The notes below the pieces were generated by a model, which did not search any database, was not told the origin of the DNA, and saw only the letters and a list, made by a program, of their open reading frames with translations. A DNA stretch of 64,000 bases, from positions 65,837 through 129,836 of the forward strand of contig JAGQJE010000206.1 of NCBI GenBank assembly GCA_020430775.1. The letters are read 5' to 3'. The stretch comes from Myxococcales bacterium. Lineage in GTDB: Bacteria; Myxococcota_A; Polyangia; Polyangiales; Houyiibacteriaceae. Positions 22,389-33,357 of this stretch are shown in pieces. How positions within the stretch are numbered: the stretch's first letter is position 1; each line of letters starts with the position of its first letter. Both the position numbers and the translations under genes were made by a program.

Positions 22389-23353
22389 CGCGACGCGGGG
22401 GCTGGCTCGACTTCCTGCACGGCGCCGTGACGCGGAACGTCGGGCTCAAGCTGAGCTCCATATTCATCGCGGTGGTGCTCTTCTCGGTCGTGCACGGGGC
22501 CGAGGATCTGCGCCGCAACGTCTTCGTCGGCGTGGTCGCGGTGCCGCCCGGCGACGCGAAGGATCTGATGCTCGTGAGCGAGATCCCGGATCGCATCCGC
22601 CTCACGCTCAGCGGCACACGCGCTCAGCTCAACAGCATCAACCCGAACGACCTCGCGCCGGTCGAGCTCAAGGTGCACGACCCCTCGCAGGAGCACTACT
22701 ACTTCTCCCCGAGCGACTTCGACCTGCCGGCGGGCGTGGCGATCACGCAGATTGCGCCGACCTCCGTCGATCTCCGGTGGGTGAAGCGCGCGCAGGTCGA
22801 CGTGCCGGTCAACCTCCGCACGATCGGCAAGCCGCCGAAGGGGCTGCTGCTCTCCGCCGATCCGGTCATCGCGCCCGACCGTGTCGTGGTCACGGGCCCG
22901 AAAGACACGCTCGCGGACCTCCATGACGTCGACACGCAGGCCGTCGACCTCTCGGACCTGCAGCCCGGGAGCAACGCGTGGACCGTGCGGCTCGCGTCGT
23001 TGCCCCCCTTCGCAGAGTACCGAGACACGTCGACGGTCGAGGTGCGGATGCACGCGACGCAGGATGTCGAGGAGCGCAAGCTGTCGCGCCTCGAGATCCT
23101 CGCCACCGGCGGCGAGGTGCGGAAGATCCGCCCGCGCCGCGTCAACGTCGTGCTCCGCGGGCCGCCCGACCGACTGAACGGGCTCGACCCGGACCAGATC
23201 GTCCCGATGGTCGACGTCTCCGCGGTGGATCCGGGTCAAGGCGCGGCGGAGCTGCCGGTGCGCCTGCGCGGCGTCCCGCAGGGCATCGACGTCGCGAGCG
23301 TCACGCCGGCGCAGGTCGTCGTCATCAAGGCGCCCTTCGCGCGGAAGCCGTGA
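22385..23353 (+). CDS. cdaR: YbbR-domain protein, CdaA regulator-like
   Basis: ATG 22385 overlaps the cdaA stop (ATGA). It has an N-terminal TM segment (LKLSSIFIAVVLFSVV) followed by repeated beta-rich YbbR-like modules. The call rests on conserved position after cdaA. Confidence 0.72.
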   Translation: MTRRGGWLDFLHGAVTRNVGLKLSSIFIAVVLFSVVHGAEDLRRNVFVGVVAVPPGDAKDLMLVSEIPDRIRLTLSGTRAQLNSINPNDLAPVELKVHDPSQEHYYFSPSDFDLPAGVAITQIAPTSVDLRWVKRAQVDVPVNLRTIGKPPKGLLLSADPVIAPDRVVVTGPKDTLADLHDVDTQAVDLSDLQPGSNAWTVRLASLPPFAEYRDTSTVEVRMHATQDVEERKLSRLEILATGGEVRKIRPRRVNVVLRGPPDRLNGLDPDQIVPMVDVSAVDPGQGAAELPVRLRGVPQGIDVASVTPAQVVVIKAPFARKP

Positions 23354-23360
23354 GCCTGAC

Positions 23361-23392
23361 GGCGCGGTAGCGAAGGGCCTTCGCGCCGCGCG
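23361..23392. terminator. GC-rich palindrome between convergent cdaR and glmM
   Basis: GCGAAGG-G-CCTTCGC is flanked by GGCGCG/CGCGC-type complementary arms. No T tract, as is usual in high-GC genomes. Confidence 0.4.
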
Positions 23393-23421
23393 CGCGGCGG
23401 CGCCGGTGGGTCGACGGGCCG

Positions 23422-24801
23422 CTACATGGGGCTCGCGACGTCTCGCTTCGCCTCGGCCGCGATCCCACGCGCGAGCGTCTCGATGGCGTCGTGTTGGGGA
23501 CCCTCGATCATGACGCGGAGCTTGGGCTCCGTGCCGCTCCAGCGGACCAGCACGCGCCCGCTCGTCCCGAGCTCGGCCTCCGCCGCGGCGATCGCCGCCT
23601 GGGTCTTCGGCATCTCCTCGAGGGCGCGCCGCTCGCTGAGAGGGACGTTGACGAGGATCTGCGGGAGCCGCTCCATCGCGCCCTGCGTCAGCTCCGAGAG
23701 CGGCCGGCTCTCGCGCAGCGCGATCGCCAGCACCTGCATGGCCGCGACGAGCCCGTCGCCCGTGGTCGCGTGGTCGAGGAAGATCAGGTGGCCGGACTGC
23801 TCGCCGCCGAAGTTGTAGCCGCGCGAGCGCATCATCTCGACGACGTAGCGATCGCCGACTGGGCAGCGCACGAGCTTGCCGCCTTCGCGCTCCATCGCCT
23901 GCTCGAGGCCGAGGTTGCTCATCACGGTCGCGACCAGCGTGCGCCGCTTGAGCTTGCGCGCGCGCAGCATCCGCGTCGCGCAGAGGGCCATCACGGCGTC
24001 GCCGTCGATGACGTCCCCCTGCTCGTCGACCAGGATCACGCGATCGGCGTCGCCGTCGAGCGCGACGCCGAGGTCGGCTTTGCGGCGGACGACCTCGCGC
24101 GCGCACGCGTCCGGGTGCAGCGCGCCGACGCGGTGGTTGATGTTCTTGCCGGTCGGGTTCGCGCCGATCGTGACCACCTCGGCGCCGAGCTCTTTGAAGA
24201 CGAGCGGCGCGGTGCGATAGGCCGCGCCGTGCGCCGCGTCGACGACGATGCGCAGACCCTCGAGGGTCAGGTCCGCCGGGAAGGCGGACTTCACGAAGGT
24301 CACGTAGCGGCCGACCGCGTCGTCGAGCCGCTCCGCGCGCCCGATGCGGGCCCCCGTGGGGCGGTTCGTGTCGAGCTCGGTGCCCTCGATGAGGCGCTCG
24401 ATCTCGAGCTCCGTCTCGTCCGGCAGCTTGAAGCCATCGGCGCCGAAGATCTTGATGCCGTTGTCGTGGTAGGGGTTGTGCGACGCGCTTATCACCACGC
24501 CGGCGTCGGCCCGCATCGTCGTGGTGAGGTGGGCGATGGCGGGCGTCGGCAGCGGACCGGAGAGGAGCACGCGACCGCCGAGCGCGCACACCCCGGACGC
24601 GAGCGCGGTCTCGAGCAGGTAACCGGACAGGCGGGTGTCTTTGCCGATGACCACGCGGGGCGCGTGAGAGACGCGGGCGCGCGCCTGATACGTGACGGCC
24701 GCGCCGATGCGGAACGCGGTCTCGGGCGTGATGTCCCCGGCGTTTGCCTCGCCGCGGACCCCGTCGGTCCCGAAGAGCTTCCTGTGCATCGTCGTCGTCA
24801 T
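23422..24801 (-). CDS. glmM: phosphoglucosamine mutase
   Basis: [13 protein letters not shown], active-site loop [17 protein letters not shown], and [10 protein letters not shown]. Start ATG 24801 or 24789; the ORF-track start 24825 is a TTG. Confidence 0.93.
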   Translation of the reverse strand: MTTTMHRKLFGTDGVRGEANAGDITPETAFRIGAAVTYQARARVSHAPRVVIGKDTRLSGYLLETALASGVCALGGRVLLSGPLPTPAIAHLTTTMRADAGVVISASHNPYHDNGIKIFGADGFKLPDETELEIERLIEGTELDTNRPTGARIGRAERLDDAVGRYVTFVKSAFPADLTLEGLRIVVDAAHGAAYRTAPLVFKELGAEVVTIGANPTGKNINHRVGALHPDACAREVVRRKADLGVALDGDADRVILVDEQGDVIDGDAVMALCATRMLRARKLKRRTLVATVMSNLGLEQAMEREGGKLVRCPVGDRYVVEMMRSRGYNFGGEQSGHLIFLDHATTGDGLVAAMQVLAIALRESRPLSELTQGAMERLPQILVNVPLSERRALEEMPKTQAAIAAAEAELGTSGRVLVRWSGTEPKLRVMIEGPQHDAIETLARGIAAEAKRDVASPM

Positions 24802-24844
24802 GGCGCGGCGCGCGCCGGGAGGCAACTTCGTGTCGTCCGAGCCG

Positions 24845-27800
24845 TCACGGCTCCCAGGTGAGGTCGATGCTCCACGTGCTCGAGTTGGCCCGCGCGAACT
24901 GGCCCGTGGCGATCAGATTGAACGGGAACTGAAGCTCCACCAAGAAGCCTCCGCCGGGCTGGGACTCACCGGCGACGGAGCGCTCGTCTTCGGCGCCCGC
25001 CGCGGTGAAGAAGCCCTCGACGTACATCCCGCGCACGACCTTCCGGAGCCACTTCGGGATGAGCTGGTTCACGTTGAACCCGGCGCGGATGCGCGTGCCG
25101 CTCGTCTCGGTTTGTTCGAGCGAGATGTTCGGCACGAAGCGTCCGAACTGCTCGCGGAGCGCGACCGTCAGGACGCCGCCCACGACGCCGGCGAGGAAGC
25201 CGCTCGCCTGTCGGCTCGCCTCGTCGGGGTCGACCTCGGCGCGGCCCTGGTGCGACTGGCCCGTGATCAGGAGCTGGATGATCTCCGCCTGCGTCGCCGC
25301 CTCGCCGCTCGAGGTGCCGAAGAGGATGCGCGGGTTGCTGAGCGTCCCGGAGGCGGTGACGGTGACCTCGCCGGAGCCGGTGAGCTTGTGCGACGCGACG
25401 AGCTGCACCTCCGGGTCGAGCTGCTCGCCGCCCTGAAAGAGCAGCGAGCCCTGCTCGACATTGAAGCGCTTACCGAAGACCTCGAAGTAGCCCTGGACGA
25501 TCCGCGCGTCGCCCCGCACGCGCAGATCGGGCTCGCGGTAGGTGAGCTCGAGCTGCGCCTCGACCTTGGCCGCGAAGTCGTCTCGGTGGATGTCGATCGG
25601 GGGGCGGCTCGCCACCAGGCGGACGACGACCGGCTTACCGGATGCGGCGGGCGGCGGGGCGCCGGCCTCACCGAGCACGTGCACGTCGGGGTTCGGCGCG
25701 AGGTCGATCGGGGTCGTTGCGCTCTGCTCGGGCAGCGCCACGTCGAGGCGCTCGACCTCGACCTGGCTCTTCATACCGGTCGGCCCGAACTTCGCGGCGC
25801 CCCGCATCGTCCCGGTGAGGCGTGCGACGATCGACCCCTCCTCGCGGACCGGGAAGCGCGTCGCGGCGAGCGTCACCGTCGCGGAGGCCGGGCGGAGCGC
25901 GTCGAGCTGCAACGTGCCCGAGGCGACCACGTGGCCGTCCCCGTCCCAGACGGACAGGCGCTGTCCCGCGACGTCGGGGACGAGGAGCGTGTCGCCCTCG
26001 AAGACGAGCGTCGCGCCTGCGCGCTGCAGGCGCTGGCCGACCGTGGGGAGCGTGACGCTCGCGCCGGTGAGGCGCAGCCGCCCGGCGAGGTTGGGCGCCT
26101 CGACCGTGCCATTGGCGCTGACCTCGCCGTCGATCGTCCCCTTCGCCTCGACCGCGCTCGACAGCCAGGCGAGCGCCGCGGCGAGCGGCATCTCATGGGC
26201 GACGAGCTTCGCGTCGAAGGCGCCCGCCTCGGCCAGCGCCGGGACGAGGTGCGAGGCGTCCCATTGTATCGGCGCGTGCACGAAGAGGTTGCCCTTCGCG
26301 CCGCCGGGCCAACTCGCACGAAGCTCGCCCGTCGCGGTCGTCGAGGAGAGGTCGGCCTGCACCAGCAGCCCCGCCGCGGGCGCCTCGACGATCGCCGCGC
26401 GCGTCTGGTGTCGCCGCGCGCGCGCCACGCGCCGCAGCCGCAGGCCCGTCGAGGCGACGACCAGCTTCGCGCTCGGCGTCGCGCCGAAGAGGCCGTCGAG
26501 CACGAGCCGACCCTGGATGGGACCGCTCGCGTAGTGACAGAGCAAGGGCAGCGACTCCGCCTGCGACGGCGGGAGCGTCGCGACGAGGTGGGTGACCGGC
26601 GGCGCCACGATGTGCGCGCTCGTGAGCCACTGCTCGAGCGGCGTCCTCGCGGAGGCCGCCACGGAGAAGATCTGCCGGGTGCCGGTCATGCCGACGAGCG
26701 ACGCGGTCGTCTCGCCGCCGGCGAGCGAGGCGTGCAGCGTCGCGCGCGGGCTCGCGTCCTGCGCGCAGAGGTCGTCGGTGAGCTTGCCCGCCCAGTCGAA
26801 GGCCACGTCGAGGTCGCCGCGCGTCTCGAGCGCGCCGCCCGAGAGCACGAGGCTCGCTCCGACGCGCAGGTCGGAGAGCGGGACCGGGAGCTTCGCCGCG
26901 AGCTTGCCTCCGATCCAGTCGAGCTTCCGGGGCGCGAGGCGCAGCGACACGCGCCAGGGCGAGATGCCGAGCGCCTCGACGGCCGCGCTCGGGTCGGCGA
27001 GCAGCGTGCCGAGGTCGACCAGCAGGCTCACCTCGCCGTCGATGAGGGGCCCCCTGTCATCCGCCGTCGCGACGGTGGCGTTCAACGTGCCGTACGCGTA
27101 GCTGAAGCGTGCGTGGGCGCCGATCGGTTCGACGCCTTGCAGGCCCAGCTTCGGGACGGACAGCGCGCCCTTGAACGCCATGGAGTCGAGCGGGCCGGTG
27201 ACGTGGAGCGAGCCGCTCACCTGCCCGGTCGGCAGCGGGAACCGCGCCGCGTCCCAGCGGTCCTTCGCGAGCGCCAGGTCGAGGCCCGCCGCGCGGAGGT
27301 CCGCGGTGTACACGCCCCCGCGGAGCGCGGCCGCGATGGAGGGGGCGCGGCGGTCGAGCACGCCCGTCGCGTGGATCGACGCGCCGCCGCGCGCGCCGAG
27401 GTCGAGCTGTCCGTCGAGCTCGAGGCTGCCCGGGGCGTACGCGACGCGGTACGTGACGCCGGCGTGCGAGACGCTCCCGACGGCGCCGTCTCGGACGACG
27501 CCTTCGGCGCCCACGCGCGGGGCGCTCAGCAGGTGGCCGCCGAGCGTGATGTGCGCGTCGGCGAACCCGGCGAGCCCGGCAGGGATCGCGGAGAGCTCGG
27601 GGAAGAGCGTGCGCAGCGTCGCGAGATCGAGCTGCTGCACGTCGAGCGTGATGGCGTCCGCGCCGCGCGTCGCCCGCGTGCGCAGGGACATGCGGCCGCC
27701 GAGGTCCAACCGCTGCGCGCCGCACGTGAGCCGCGCGCGGTCGATCTGCAGCGCGTCGCCGAAGCGGAGCGTCACGCCCTCGACCGCCCCGCGCCAGGTG

Positions 27801-29620
27801 AGGTGGTCGACGCCGAGCTCGACCCGGGACGCGTCGAGCGTGTACCGGTCACCGCGCACGCCGACCGTCGCGTCGACCAGCACGTGGCGGTGCGCGTGCT
27901 TCGACACGGCGCCGGCGCCTCCCGGCTCCGGCACGCGGCCCCGCGTCGCGAGCTTCACGCGGTAGCGCGACGGCCCCCCGACCACACGCGCGTCGCCGTC
28001 GCCGAGCGTGTAGCCGTCGAGCGTCAGCCCCTCCGCGGCGAGGTCGAGATCGACGCTGGGCGCCGCCGGCGACCCACGCACCGAGCCCTTCACCGCGAGG
28101 CGGCGCGCCGACACCGCCCCGAGCGTGACCTCCGTCACGGCGCCGGAGCCGCGGACCACGACGCGCCCGCTCGGCCGCCACTGCAAGCGCACGTCGAAGC
28201 GGAGCGATCCGCGCGCCCTCCGATCGAACCAGCGCGCGAAGTTGGAGTCCCTCGACAGCCGCGGCACGTAACCCCTGGCGCTCGCCGTGAGGGCGCCGGA
28301 GTCGCTCAAGCGGCCCGAGGCATGAAAGCGCATCCGGCCCCCGGTCGCGTCGAGGCTCTCGACCCGCAGGCCCTCGTCGTCGAACGCGCCGCGCATGTGG
28401 GTCGGCGGTATCGTGAAGCCCTGATACGCGAACGCGCCGAGCTTGGTCTCGATGTGCGTGACGGCTGAGGCCGGGGAGGGCGACGGGCTCGTCGCGCCGG
28501 TCGGCGTGAGGTCGGCCGCGACCCCGCGGAGCGTCACCTCGCCGCCGACGTGCACGTCGGGCAGGCCGGACAAGACGCGCGCCACGTCGAGCCCCGGTGA
28601 CCGGGCGTCGACGACGAACGCCCCGTCGACCGGGAGGACGCCCCGCAGACGCACCTCGCCGCCGTCGGTCGAGAGCTGCGCGCGCAGGCGCAGCGCGTCG
28701 ATGGGCCCGTCGAGACGCACGAAGCCCCGCGCTTGCCCGAGCAGCGACTCGGCCCACGTGAAGCCGAGCTCGCGCACGGTCTGTGCGCGGACGGGGTCGG
28801 CGTGGATCAGCAGATCGAGGTCGTAGGGCGTGTCCGCCGGCACCGGCCGCGGCCCGTGGAGCCCTCGCGGCGCGTAGCGCACGTTCGCGCGCGCGTGCTC
28901 CTCGTCGCGGTGGACCCGCACGTGCAGCCGCACGCCGCGCGCGTCGTCGTAGACATGGCCGACGACCGCGTCGAGCTGGGAGGGAAAAGGGAAGGGCCCG
29001 CGGATGTCTCCCGTCGCTCCGTAGAACGCGAGATCCATCGCGGCGCCGAACTCCATCCCCATGTGCACGTTGGTGTGCTCGATGCGCAGACCCGAGAGCC
29101 CGAGGGCCTGCCCGTGGATGCGCAGGTCCCGCAGGCGCATGTCGTCGACGATCGCGTGCAGACCCGGCGCTGCGTTCGGTGGGCTCGGCGGTCCCGACGG
29201 CTCAAGCGCATCGACGAAGCTCGGCAGGTCCGCGTCGCCCGGGAGCAGGTGCAGGTCTCCGGTCGACAGGTGCGCCTTCGAGAAGCGCAGCGTGCCGCGC
29301 AGGGCGGCGAGGGGATCGATGGCGAGGGTGATGCGGTCGGCTGTGATGACCGGCCGCCCGTGCGGGTCGAAGAGCACCGCGTCGCGGACGACGATGTCGT
29401 CGAGGCGCGCGCGCTCGACGCCACCTACGACCAGGCGCCCGCGGATGAGCGCGGAGACCTCCCGGTCGAGCAGCTCCGCGACGACGCGGTGTCCGAGCGG
29501 GGTGTCGAGGTGGTACAGGGCGCTCAGCGCGAGCGCCGCCGGCACGCCGACGAGCAGCGCGAGGGCAGCCCAGCACCTGCGGCGCCGGCGTCCGCCGCGC
29601 TCCTTCGGGAGCCGCGCCAT
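24845..29620 (-). CDS. tamB: translocation and assembly module subunit TamB-like (AsmA-like, C-terminal DUF490-type domain)
   Basis: About 1591 aa with an N-terminal signal anchor ([36 protein letters not shown]) and a long beta-rich repetitive body. The C-terminus is [31 protein letters not shown]...[16 protein letters not shown]. The ATG overlaps the stop of the upstream Omp85 gene by 1 nt. Confidence 0.85.
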   Translation of the reverse strand: MARLPKERGGRRRRRCWAALALLVGVPAALALSALYHLDTPLGHRVVAELLDREVSALIRGRLVVGGVERARLDDIVVRDAVLFDPHGRPVITADRITLAIDPLAALRGTLRFSKAHLSTGDLHLLPGDADLPSFVDALEPSGPPSPPNAAPGLHAIVDDMRLRDLRIHGQALGLSGLRIEHTNVHMGMEFGAAMDLAFYGATGDIRGPFPFPSQLDAVVGHVYDDARGVRLHVRVHRDEEHARANVRYAPRGLHGPRPVPADTPYDLDLLIHADPVRAQTVRELGFTWAESLLGQARGFVRLDGPIDALRLRAQLSTDGGEVRLRGVLPVDGAFVVDARSPGLDVARVLSGLPDVHVGGEVTLRGVAADLTPTGATSPSPSPASAVTHIETKLGAFAYQGFTIPPTHMRGAFDDEGLRVESLDATGGRMRFHASGRLSDSGALTASARGYVPRLSRDSNFARWFDRRARGSLRFDVRLQWRPSGRVVVRGSGAVTEVTLGAVSARRLAVKGSVRGSPAAPSVDLDLAAEGLTLDGYTLGDGDARVVGGPSRYRVKLATRGRVPEPGGAGAVSKHAHRHVLVDATVGVRGDRYTLDASRVELGVDHLTWRGAVEGVTLRFGDALQIDRARLTCGAQRLDLGGRMSLRTRATRGADAITLDVQQLDLATLRTLFPELSAIPAGLAGFADAHITLGGHLLSAPRVGAEGVVRDGAVGSVSHAGVTYRVAYAPGSLELDGQLDLGARGGASIHATGVLDRRAPSIAAALRGGVYTADLRAAGLDLALAKDRWDAARFPLPTGQVSGSLHVTGPLDSMAFKGALSVPKLGLQGVEPIGAHARFSYAYGTLNATVATADDRGPLIDGEVSLLVDLGTLLADPSAAVEALGISPWRVSLRLAPRKLDWIGGKLAAKLPVPLSDLRVGASLVLSGGALETRGDLDVAFDWAGKLTDDLCAQDASPRATLHASLAGGETTASLVGMTGTRQIFSVAASARTPLEQWLTSAHIVAPPVTHLVATLPPSQAESLPLLCHYASGPIQGRLVLDGLFGATPSAKLVVASTGLRLRRVARARRHQTRAAIVEAPAAGLLVQADLSSTTATGELRASWPGGAKGNLFVHAPIQWDASHLVPALAEAGAFDAKLVAHEMPLAAALAWLSSAVEAKGTIDGEVSANGTVEAPNLAGRLRLTGASVTLPTVGQRLQRAGATLVFEGDTLLVPDVAGQRLSVWDGDGHVVASGTLQLDALRPASATVTLAATRFPVREEGSIVARLTGTMRGAAKFGPTGMKSQVEVERLDVALPEQSATTPIDLAPNPDVHVLGEAGAPPPAASGKPVVVRLVASRPPIDIHRDDFAAKVEAQLELTYREPDLRVRGDARIVQGYFEVFGKRFNVEQGSLLFQGGEQLDPEVQLVASHKLTGSGEVTVTASGTLSNPRILFGTSSGEAATQAEIIQLLITGQSHQGRAEVDPDEASRQASGFLAGVVGGVLTVALREQFGRFVPNISLEQTETSGTRIRAGFNVNQLIPKWLRKVVRGMYVEGFFTAAGAEDERSVAGESQPGGGFLVELQFPFNLIATGQFARANSSTWSIDLTWEP

Positions 29621-31950
29621 CAGAACGCCTCGCCGATCGTGAGGTGCCACGCGCCGGGGAAGCGGATGCGCCCGCGCGGCCGGAACTGCACGGTGAAGCT
29701 CGGGTCGTGGTTCGTGTCGTCGGCGTCGTAGTGGCCGACGACCTGCGCGTGGGGGACGAGCCACCCCATGTCGAAGCGGAGCGGTCCGACGAGCGTCTGG
29801 TACCGCAGGCCGAGTCCGACGGCGGTGCGCAGGTAGTTGAAGCGGATCCGCTTGCCTCGGTTCACGTCTCCGAAGTCCGCGAACGCGACCATCCCGACCG
29901 ACTCACTGAGCGGTGCGCGCAGCTCTATCGACGCCTCCCAGCGCCGGAGCCCGCCGTCGTTCGGCGCGAACTCGGGCTCGGCGGCGCTGCCGTCGCGGCT
30001 GCCGAGGTAACCGGCGACGAAGCCGCGGTGGCTCGTCGGTCCGCCGCCCCGGAGGCGGTAGCGGCTCGGGCCGAGCAGGCGGCTCCGTGGGTCGAGGTCG
30101 TTCGGCTTGTTCGGGTCGTCGGCGGCGCGGAGGATGAACATGGCGCCGACGCCGAAGCGCATCGCGAGCACCATCCCGAGCGGCAGCGGCACGTACCCTC
30201 GCGCCTCCGGCGTGACGCGGAAGTAGTCCCACGTCGACGCGCGGCGCCACCCCGCCTCGTGCGCCTCGACCGAAAGGAACACCCCCTTGGTCGGCCGTCG
30301 CGAGTCGTCGCGCAGGTCGAGCTGCGCGTATTGCTGGAAGAAGAGCAGGTGGTAGCCGGTGTTCTCGATGTCCTTGGTGACGAGCAGGTCCGCGTGCAGC
30401 GCGCCCGAGAGCAGGAGCCGCCCGCGAAAGAAGGGGCGGCTCAGGCCGACGCTCGCGTCGAGGTCGTGGCGCAGGGTGCGCTCGCGGCTGTTCGGATCGG
30501 GCGCGAGGCTCCACTGCGCCGCGATCCGCAGCGTCGTCCTCGGCTCGAGGAAGCCCGGCTGTCGCAGCTCGACCCGCAGGTCGTTGCCCGGAGACGGCGT
30601 CGTCGGCCGGGGGAACGCGTCGCGAAAGACGATCCGCGGCCGCTCTTCGATACGCAGCTTGCGCAGCCCCCCGAGGAAGTTGCGGTGCTCGAAGAAGAGC
30701 AGCAGATGCCCGTCCCATTCCGGGACGTCGTTCAGGTCTGTGCTCGTCGTCGACACCACGCCGCTCTGCAGCCCGACGCCGACGCCGTATCGGATCGCGC
30801 GCCCCGGCGTGACGCGGATGGTCACGTCGACGACGCCCGTGCACTGCCCGCCCGCGTCGCGCAACGGGTTCGAGCGCGCCTCCACCGTGGCGAACGCGCC
30901 GAGGCCGAAGACCGCGTGCTGCCCGTCCGCGAGGCGCTCGCCCGAGAAGCGCGAGCCGCGCTCGAGCCCGGCCGCGGCCGCGATCGGTTCGATGGGGATG
31001 GTGCCGGCGACGTCAGGCGGCGCGTTGACCTCGACGCGGACGTCGCCGACCCGCGTCGGTGGGCCGGGCGCGACGTGGAACGCGACCTCCGCCCGGCGAT
31101 GGCGCGGGTCGATCTGGACGTCGCCGGTGACCTCGGCGCACGCGTAGGTCTCGTTCTGGAGCGTGCGGACGATCGCGGCCTTCGACTGGCCATAGAGCGC
31201 TTCGTCGAAGCGCCCGCCGACCTCGAGCGCGACGCTGTCGGCGACGTCCTGGCGCACCGCCTTCGGCAGCCCCTCGTCGCCGTCGATCGAGATCGCGTCG
31301 ATCTCGACGGGTGCGCTTTCGAAGACGCGGATCGTGATGTCGGCCGTGCAGCCCTGGCCCTCGCCGCGGCGCTTACAGGGGGGCTTCGCGGTGCCGGCGG
31401 GCGTCCGCGCGGTGTCGGCGACGCGGTCGGAGTCGCTCGCCGCAGGGGGCTCGATGTCCGCGCCGAGGACCCGCGCGTCATAGAACCCGCGGGCGCGGTA
31501 CCACCGCTCGACCCGCGCGAGGTCCCGCTCGAACACCGAGAGATCGAGCGTCGGCCACGTCGTCCACGGCCAGCGCCACAGCGGGATGCGCAGCCGGCCG
31601 CCGTTGAACGGCGGGACGTTGCACTCAGGTGTGGCCGACGCGCCGATATTGATCTCGACGCGCTTGCGCTCCTGGGTGGCGAGGCACGCGCGCAGCGCCT
31701 CCGGGTCGAGCTGCTCGACGCCCTCGAAGTCGAGGGAGTCGACGCCGTAGCGGTCGCGCGGGATCGTCGCGCAGCCGAGGGTGAGCGCGCCGATCGCCGC
31801 TACGAATACGAACGCCGTGAGGAGCGCGCGCGGCCGGCGCGCACGCGGAGCGGGGCCGGCGTCGCAGGTCGTCGAGCGCCGCGCCGACCGCGCGCCTCCG
31901 GTGCACGCACGCCCGGGCCGGTCCGGGGGCGTTCGGGCGATGATCGGCAC
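29620..31950 (-). CDS. tamA: Omp85-family outer membrane protein, TamA/TamL-like
   Basis: POTRA-like N-terminal region and a C-terminal bacterial surface antigen barrel ending in an aromatic residue (WHLTIGEAF). Coupled to tamB. Start uncertain (GTG 31950 proposed). The N-terminus has the lipobox-like sequence FVFVAAIGALTLGC. Confidence 0.8.
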   Translation of the reverse strand: MPIIARTPPDRPGRACTGGARSARRSTTCDAGPAPRARRPRALLTAFVFVAAIGALTLGCATIPRDRYGVDSLDFEGVEQLDPEALRACLATQERKRVEINIGASATPECNVPPFNGGRLRIPLWRWPWTTWPTLDLSVFERDLARVERWYRARGFYDARVLGADIEPPAASDSDRVADTARTPAGTAKPPCKRRGEGQGCTADITIRVFESAPVEIDAISIDGDEGLPKAVRQDVADSVALEVGGRFDEALYGQSKAAIVRTLQNETYACAEVTGDVQIDPRHRRAEVAFHVAPGPPTRVGDVRVEVNAPPDVAGTIPIEPIAAAAGLERGSRFSGERLADGQHAVFGLGAFATVEARSNPLRDAGGQCTGVVDVTIRVTPGRAIRYGVGVGLQSGVVSTTSTDLNDVPEWDGHLLLFFEHRNFLGGLRKLRIEERPRIVFRDAFPRPTTPSPGNDLRVELRQPGFLEPRTTLRIAAQWSLAPDPNSRERTLRHDLDASVGLSRPFFRGRLLLSGALHADLLVTKDIENTGYHLLFFQQYAQLDLRDDSRRPTKGVFLSVEAHEAGWRRASTWDYFRVTPEARGYVPLPLGMVLAMRFGVGAMFILRAADDPNKPNDLDPRSRLLGPSRYRLRGGGPTSHRGFVAGYLGSRDGSAAEPEFAPNDGGLRRWEASIELRAPLSESVGMVAFADFGDVNRGKRIRFNYLRTAVGLGLRYQTLVGPLRFDMGWLVPHAQVVGHYDADDTNHDPSFTVQFRPRGRIRFPGAWHLTIGEAF

Positions 31951-32031
31951 GGTGCCGGTTGTAGCGCGGCGCGCCAGGGCATGAAACAGCTTCGCCGCGT
32001 GTGTCGCGTGCGGTCGCCAGCGCCGCTCAGA

Positions 32032-32060
32032 TTGACAATACACGTGGTGCCACATACGTT
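32032..32060 (+). promoter_or_regulatory. putative sigma-70-type promoter for the RHH gene
   Basis: TTGACA (32032-32037), 17-nt spacer, TACGTT (32055-32060), about 28 nt upstream of ATG 32088. GGAAGG Shine-Dalgarno at 32078-32083. Confidence 0.45.
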
Positions 32061-32087
32061 CATTTCGCACCCGGACCGGAAGGCGCG

Positions 32088-32282
32088 ATGGCACGCAAGA
32101 AGATCTCCACCACCGTGTACATCACGCCCGAACAGAACGAGCGGCTCAAGCTCCTGCACGAGCGGACGAAGGTGCCGATCTCGGTCTACATCCGCGAGGG
32201 GATCGATCTCGTGCTCGACCGCCACCGCGACGAGCTGCCCGGTCAGCTCTCGCTCGACACGCGCCCGGCGGGCCGCCGCTGA
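32088..32282 (+). CDS. ribbon-helix-helix (CopG/Arc-like) small protein
   Basis: MARKKISTTVYITPEQNERLKLLHERTKVPISVYIREGIDLVL shows a beta-strand then two helices, the typical RHH pattern. Internal ATG of ORF 32001-32282, with a Shine-Dalgarno sequence. Confidence 0.7.
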   Translation: MARKKISTTVYITPEQNERLKLLHERTKVPISVYIREGIDLVLDRHRDELPGQLSLDTRPAGRR

Positions 32283-32397
32283 GCCCGGACCTCGCCTCGG
32301 GCCGCCGGTCGCGATCGCGCCCCGTCGCGCGCTTGCCACGTCGCCAGGGTCGAGCATATCCTCCTCGCTCCGCGACGGACCTCGAACGGAAGACGAC

Positions 32398-33357
32398 GTG
32401 CGCGACACCCCAACGAACTCGGCTCGCCCCCGCCTGCGCTCCTCGATCTCGTGCGCGGGCACTCTCGCCATCGCGATCGCCATCGTGCTCGGCCTCGCCG
32501 GCTGCCACGGGAAGGGCCCCGGGCCCAAGACGGCGGCGACGCTCGCGGGTGCAGACCTCCGCGTGAAGACCTGTGAGGGCGGCACGGTGCGCTCGGTCGA
32601 CGTCAACGGCGACGGGCGCCCGGACGTGCGCCGCCACTACCGAGACGGCAAGCTCGCCTGCGAGCAGCTCGACCTCAACTTCGACGGCACGCCGGACGTC
32701 ACGCGCTTCTACGATCCGTCGGGGCGCGAGGTCGTGCGCGAGCAGGACGACTTCGACTTCGACGGGCGGGTCGACCAGGTGGTCGAGCTGAGCGGAGGCG
32801 CGGTCGTGCGCAAGGCGCTCGACACCAACTTCGACCACCGCTTCGACGCGTGGTTCTGGTGCGCCGGCGGGTGGGTGACCCGCGCCGAGCGCGACACCAA
32901 GCACGACGGCAAGGTCGACTCGTGGTGGGACTACGACGCCGGCCGCCTGACCCAGGCCGCCCACGACGACGACCAGGACGGCCGCCCGGAGCGGTGGACG
33001 CTGTTCCGCGACGGGGTGGCGTACGAGATCCGCTATGACCTGAACGGCGATGGGGAGCCCGATCGCGCAGAGCCCGTCTCGCCGGACGACGCCGGTCCGG
33101 CGGTCCCGCGTCTCGCCTGCGTCGCGCAGCCGCCCGAAGCGAGCGAGGCGCCTGCGTCTTCCGCGGCGCCCGCGACCGAGGCGCCCTCTGCGCCCGCGGC
33201 CGCGGGCGAGACGGCGCCCGCCGCGGCGCAGACCGCCCCCCCGACGGGTCCCGCCTCCGAGACGGCTGCTCCCAAACCGACGCCGCACGACGCGAGCGTC
33301 ACCGCGCCGGCCGCGCCCGTTGCGAAGCCTGCGCCCGCCGGCGGAGGTGCCCAGTGA
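32398..33357 (+). CDS. lipoprotein with about 7 DxDxDG-type (calcium-binding-like) repeats and an Ala/Pro-rich tail
   Basis: GTG 32398 lies at the tail of the otherwise spurious ORF 29644-33357. Lipobox IVLGLAGC. Repeats include DVNGDGRPD, DLNFDGTPD, DFDFDGRVD, DTKHDGKVD, DDDQDGRPE and DLNGDGEPD. Confidence 0.65.
   Translation: MRDTPTNSARPRLRSSISCAGTLAIAIAIVLGLAGCHGKGPGPKTAATLAGADLRVKTCEGGTVRSVDVNGDGRPDVRRHYRDGKLACEQLDLNFDGTPDVTRFYDPSGREVVREQDDFDFDGRVDQVVELSGGAVVRKALDTNFDHRFDAWFWCAGGWVTRAERDTKHDGKVDSWWDYDAGRLTQAAHDDDQDGRPERWTLFRDGVAYEIRYDLNGDGEPDRAEPVSPDDAGPAVPRLACVAQPPEASEAPASSAAPATEAPSAPAAAGETAPAAAQTAPPTGPASETAAPKPTPHDASVTAPAAPVAKPAPAGGGAQ

Noticed and set aside
24692-28468. 1258-aa plus-strand ORF
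   Set aside because: It lies entirely antisense to tamB and glmM. The translation is Arg/Ala/Gly/Asp low-complexity with no recognisable motif. This is a typical shadow ORF of high-GC DNA.
29644-32397. First 918 codons of the 1237-aa plus-strand ORF 29644-33357
   Set aside because: It is antisense to the tamA-like gene and Arg/Pro/Ala-rich. Only the last part, from GTG 32398 (the lipoprotein with DxDxDG repeats), looks real.
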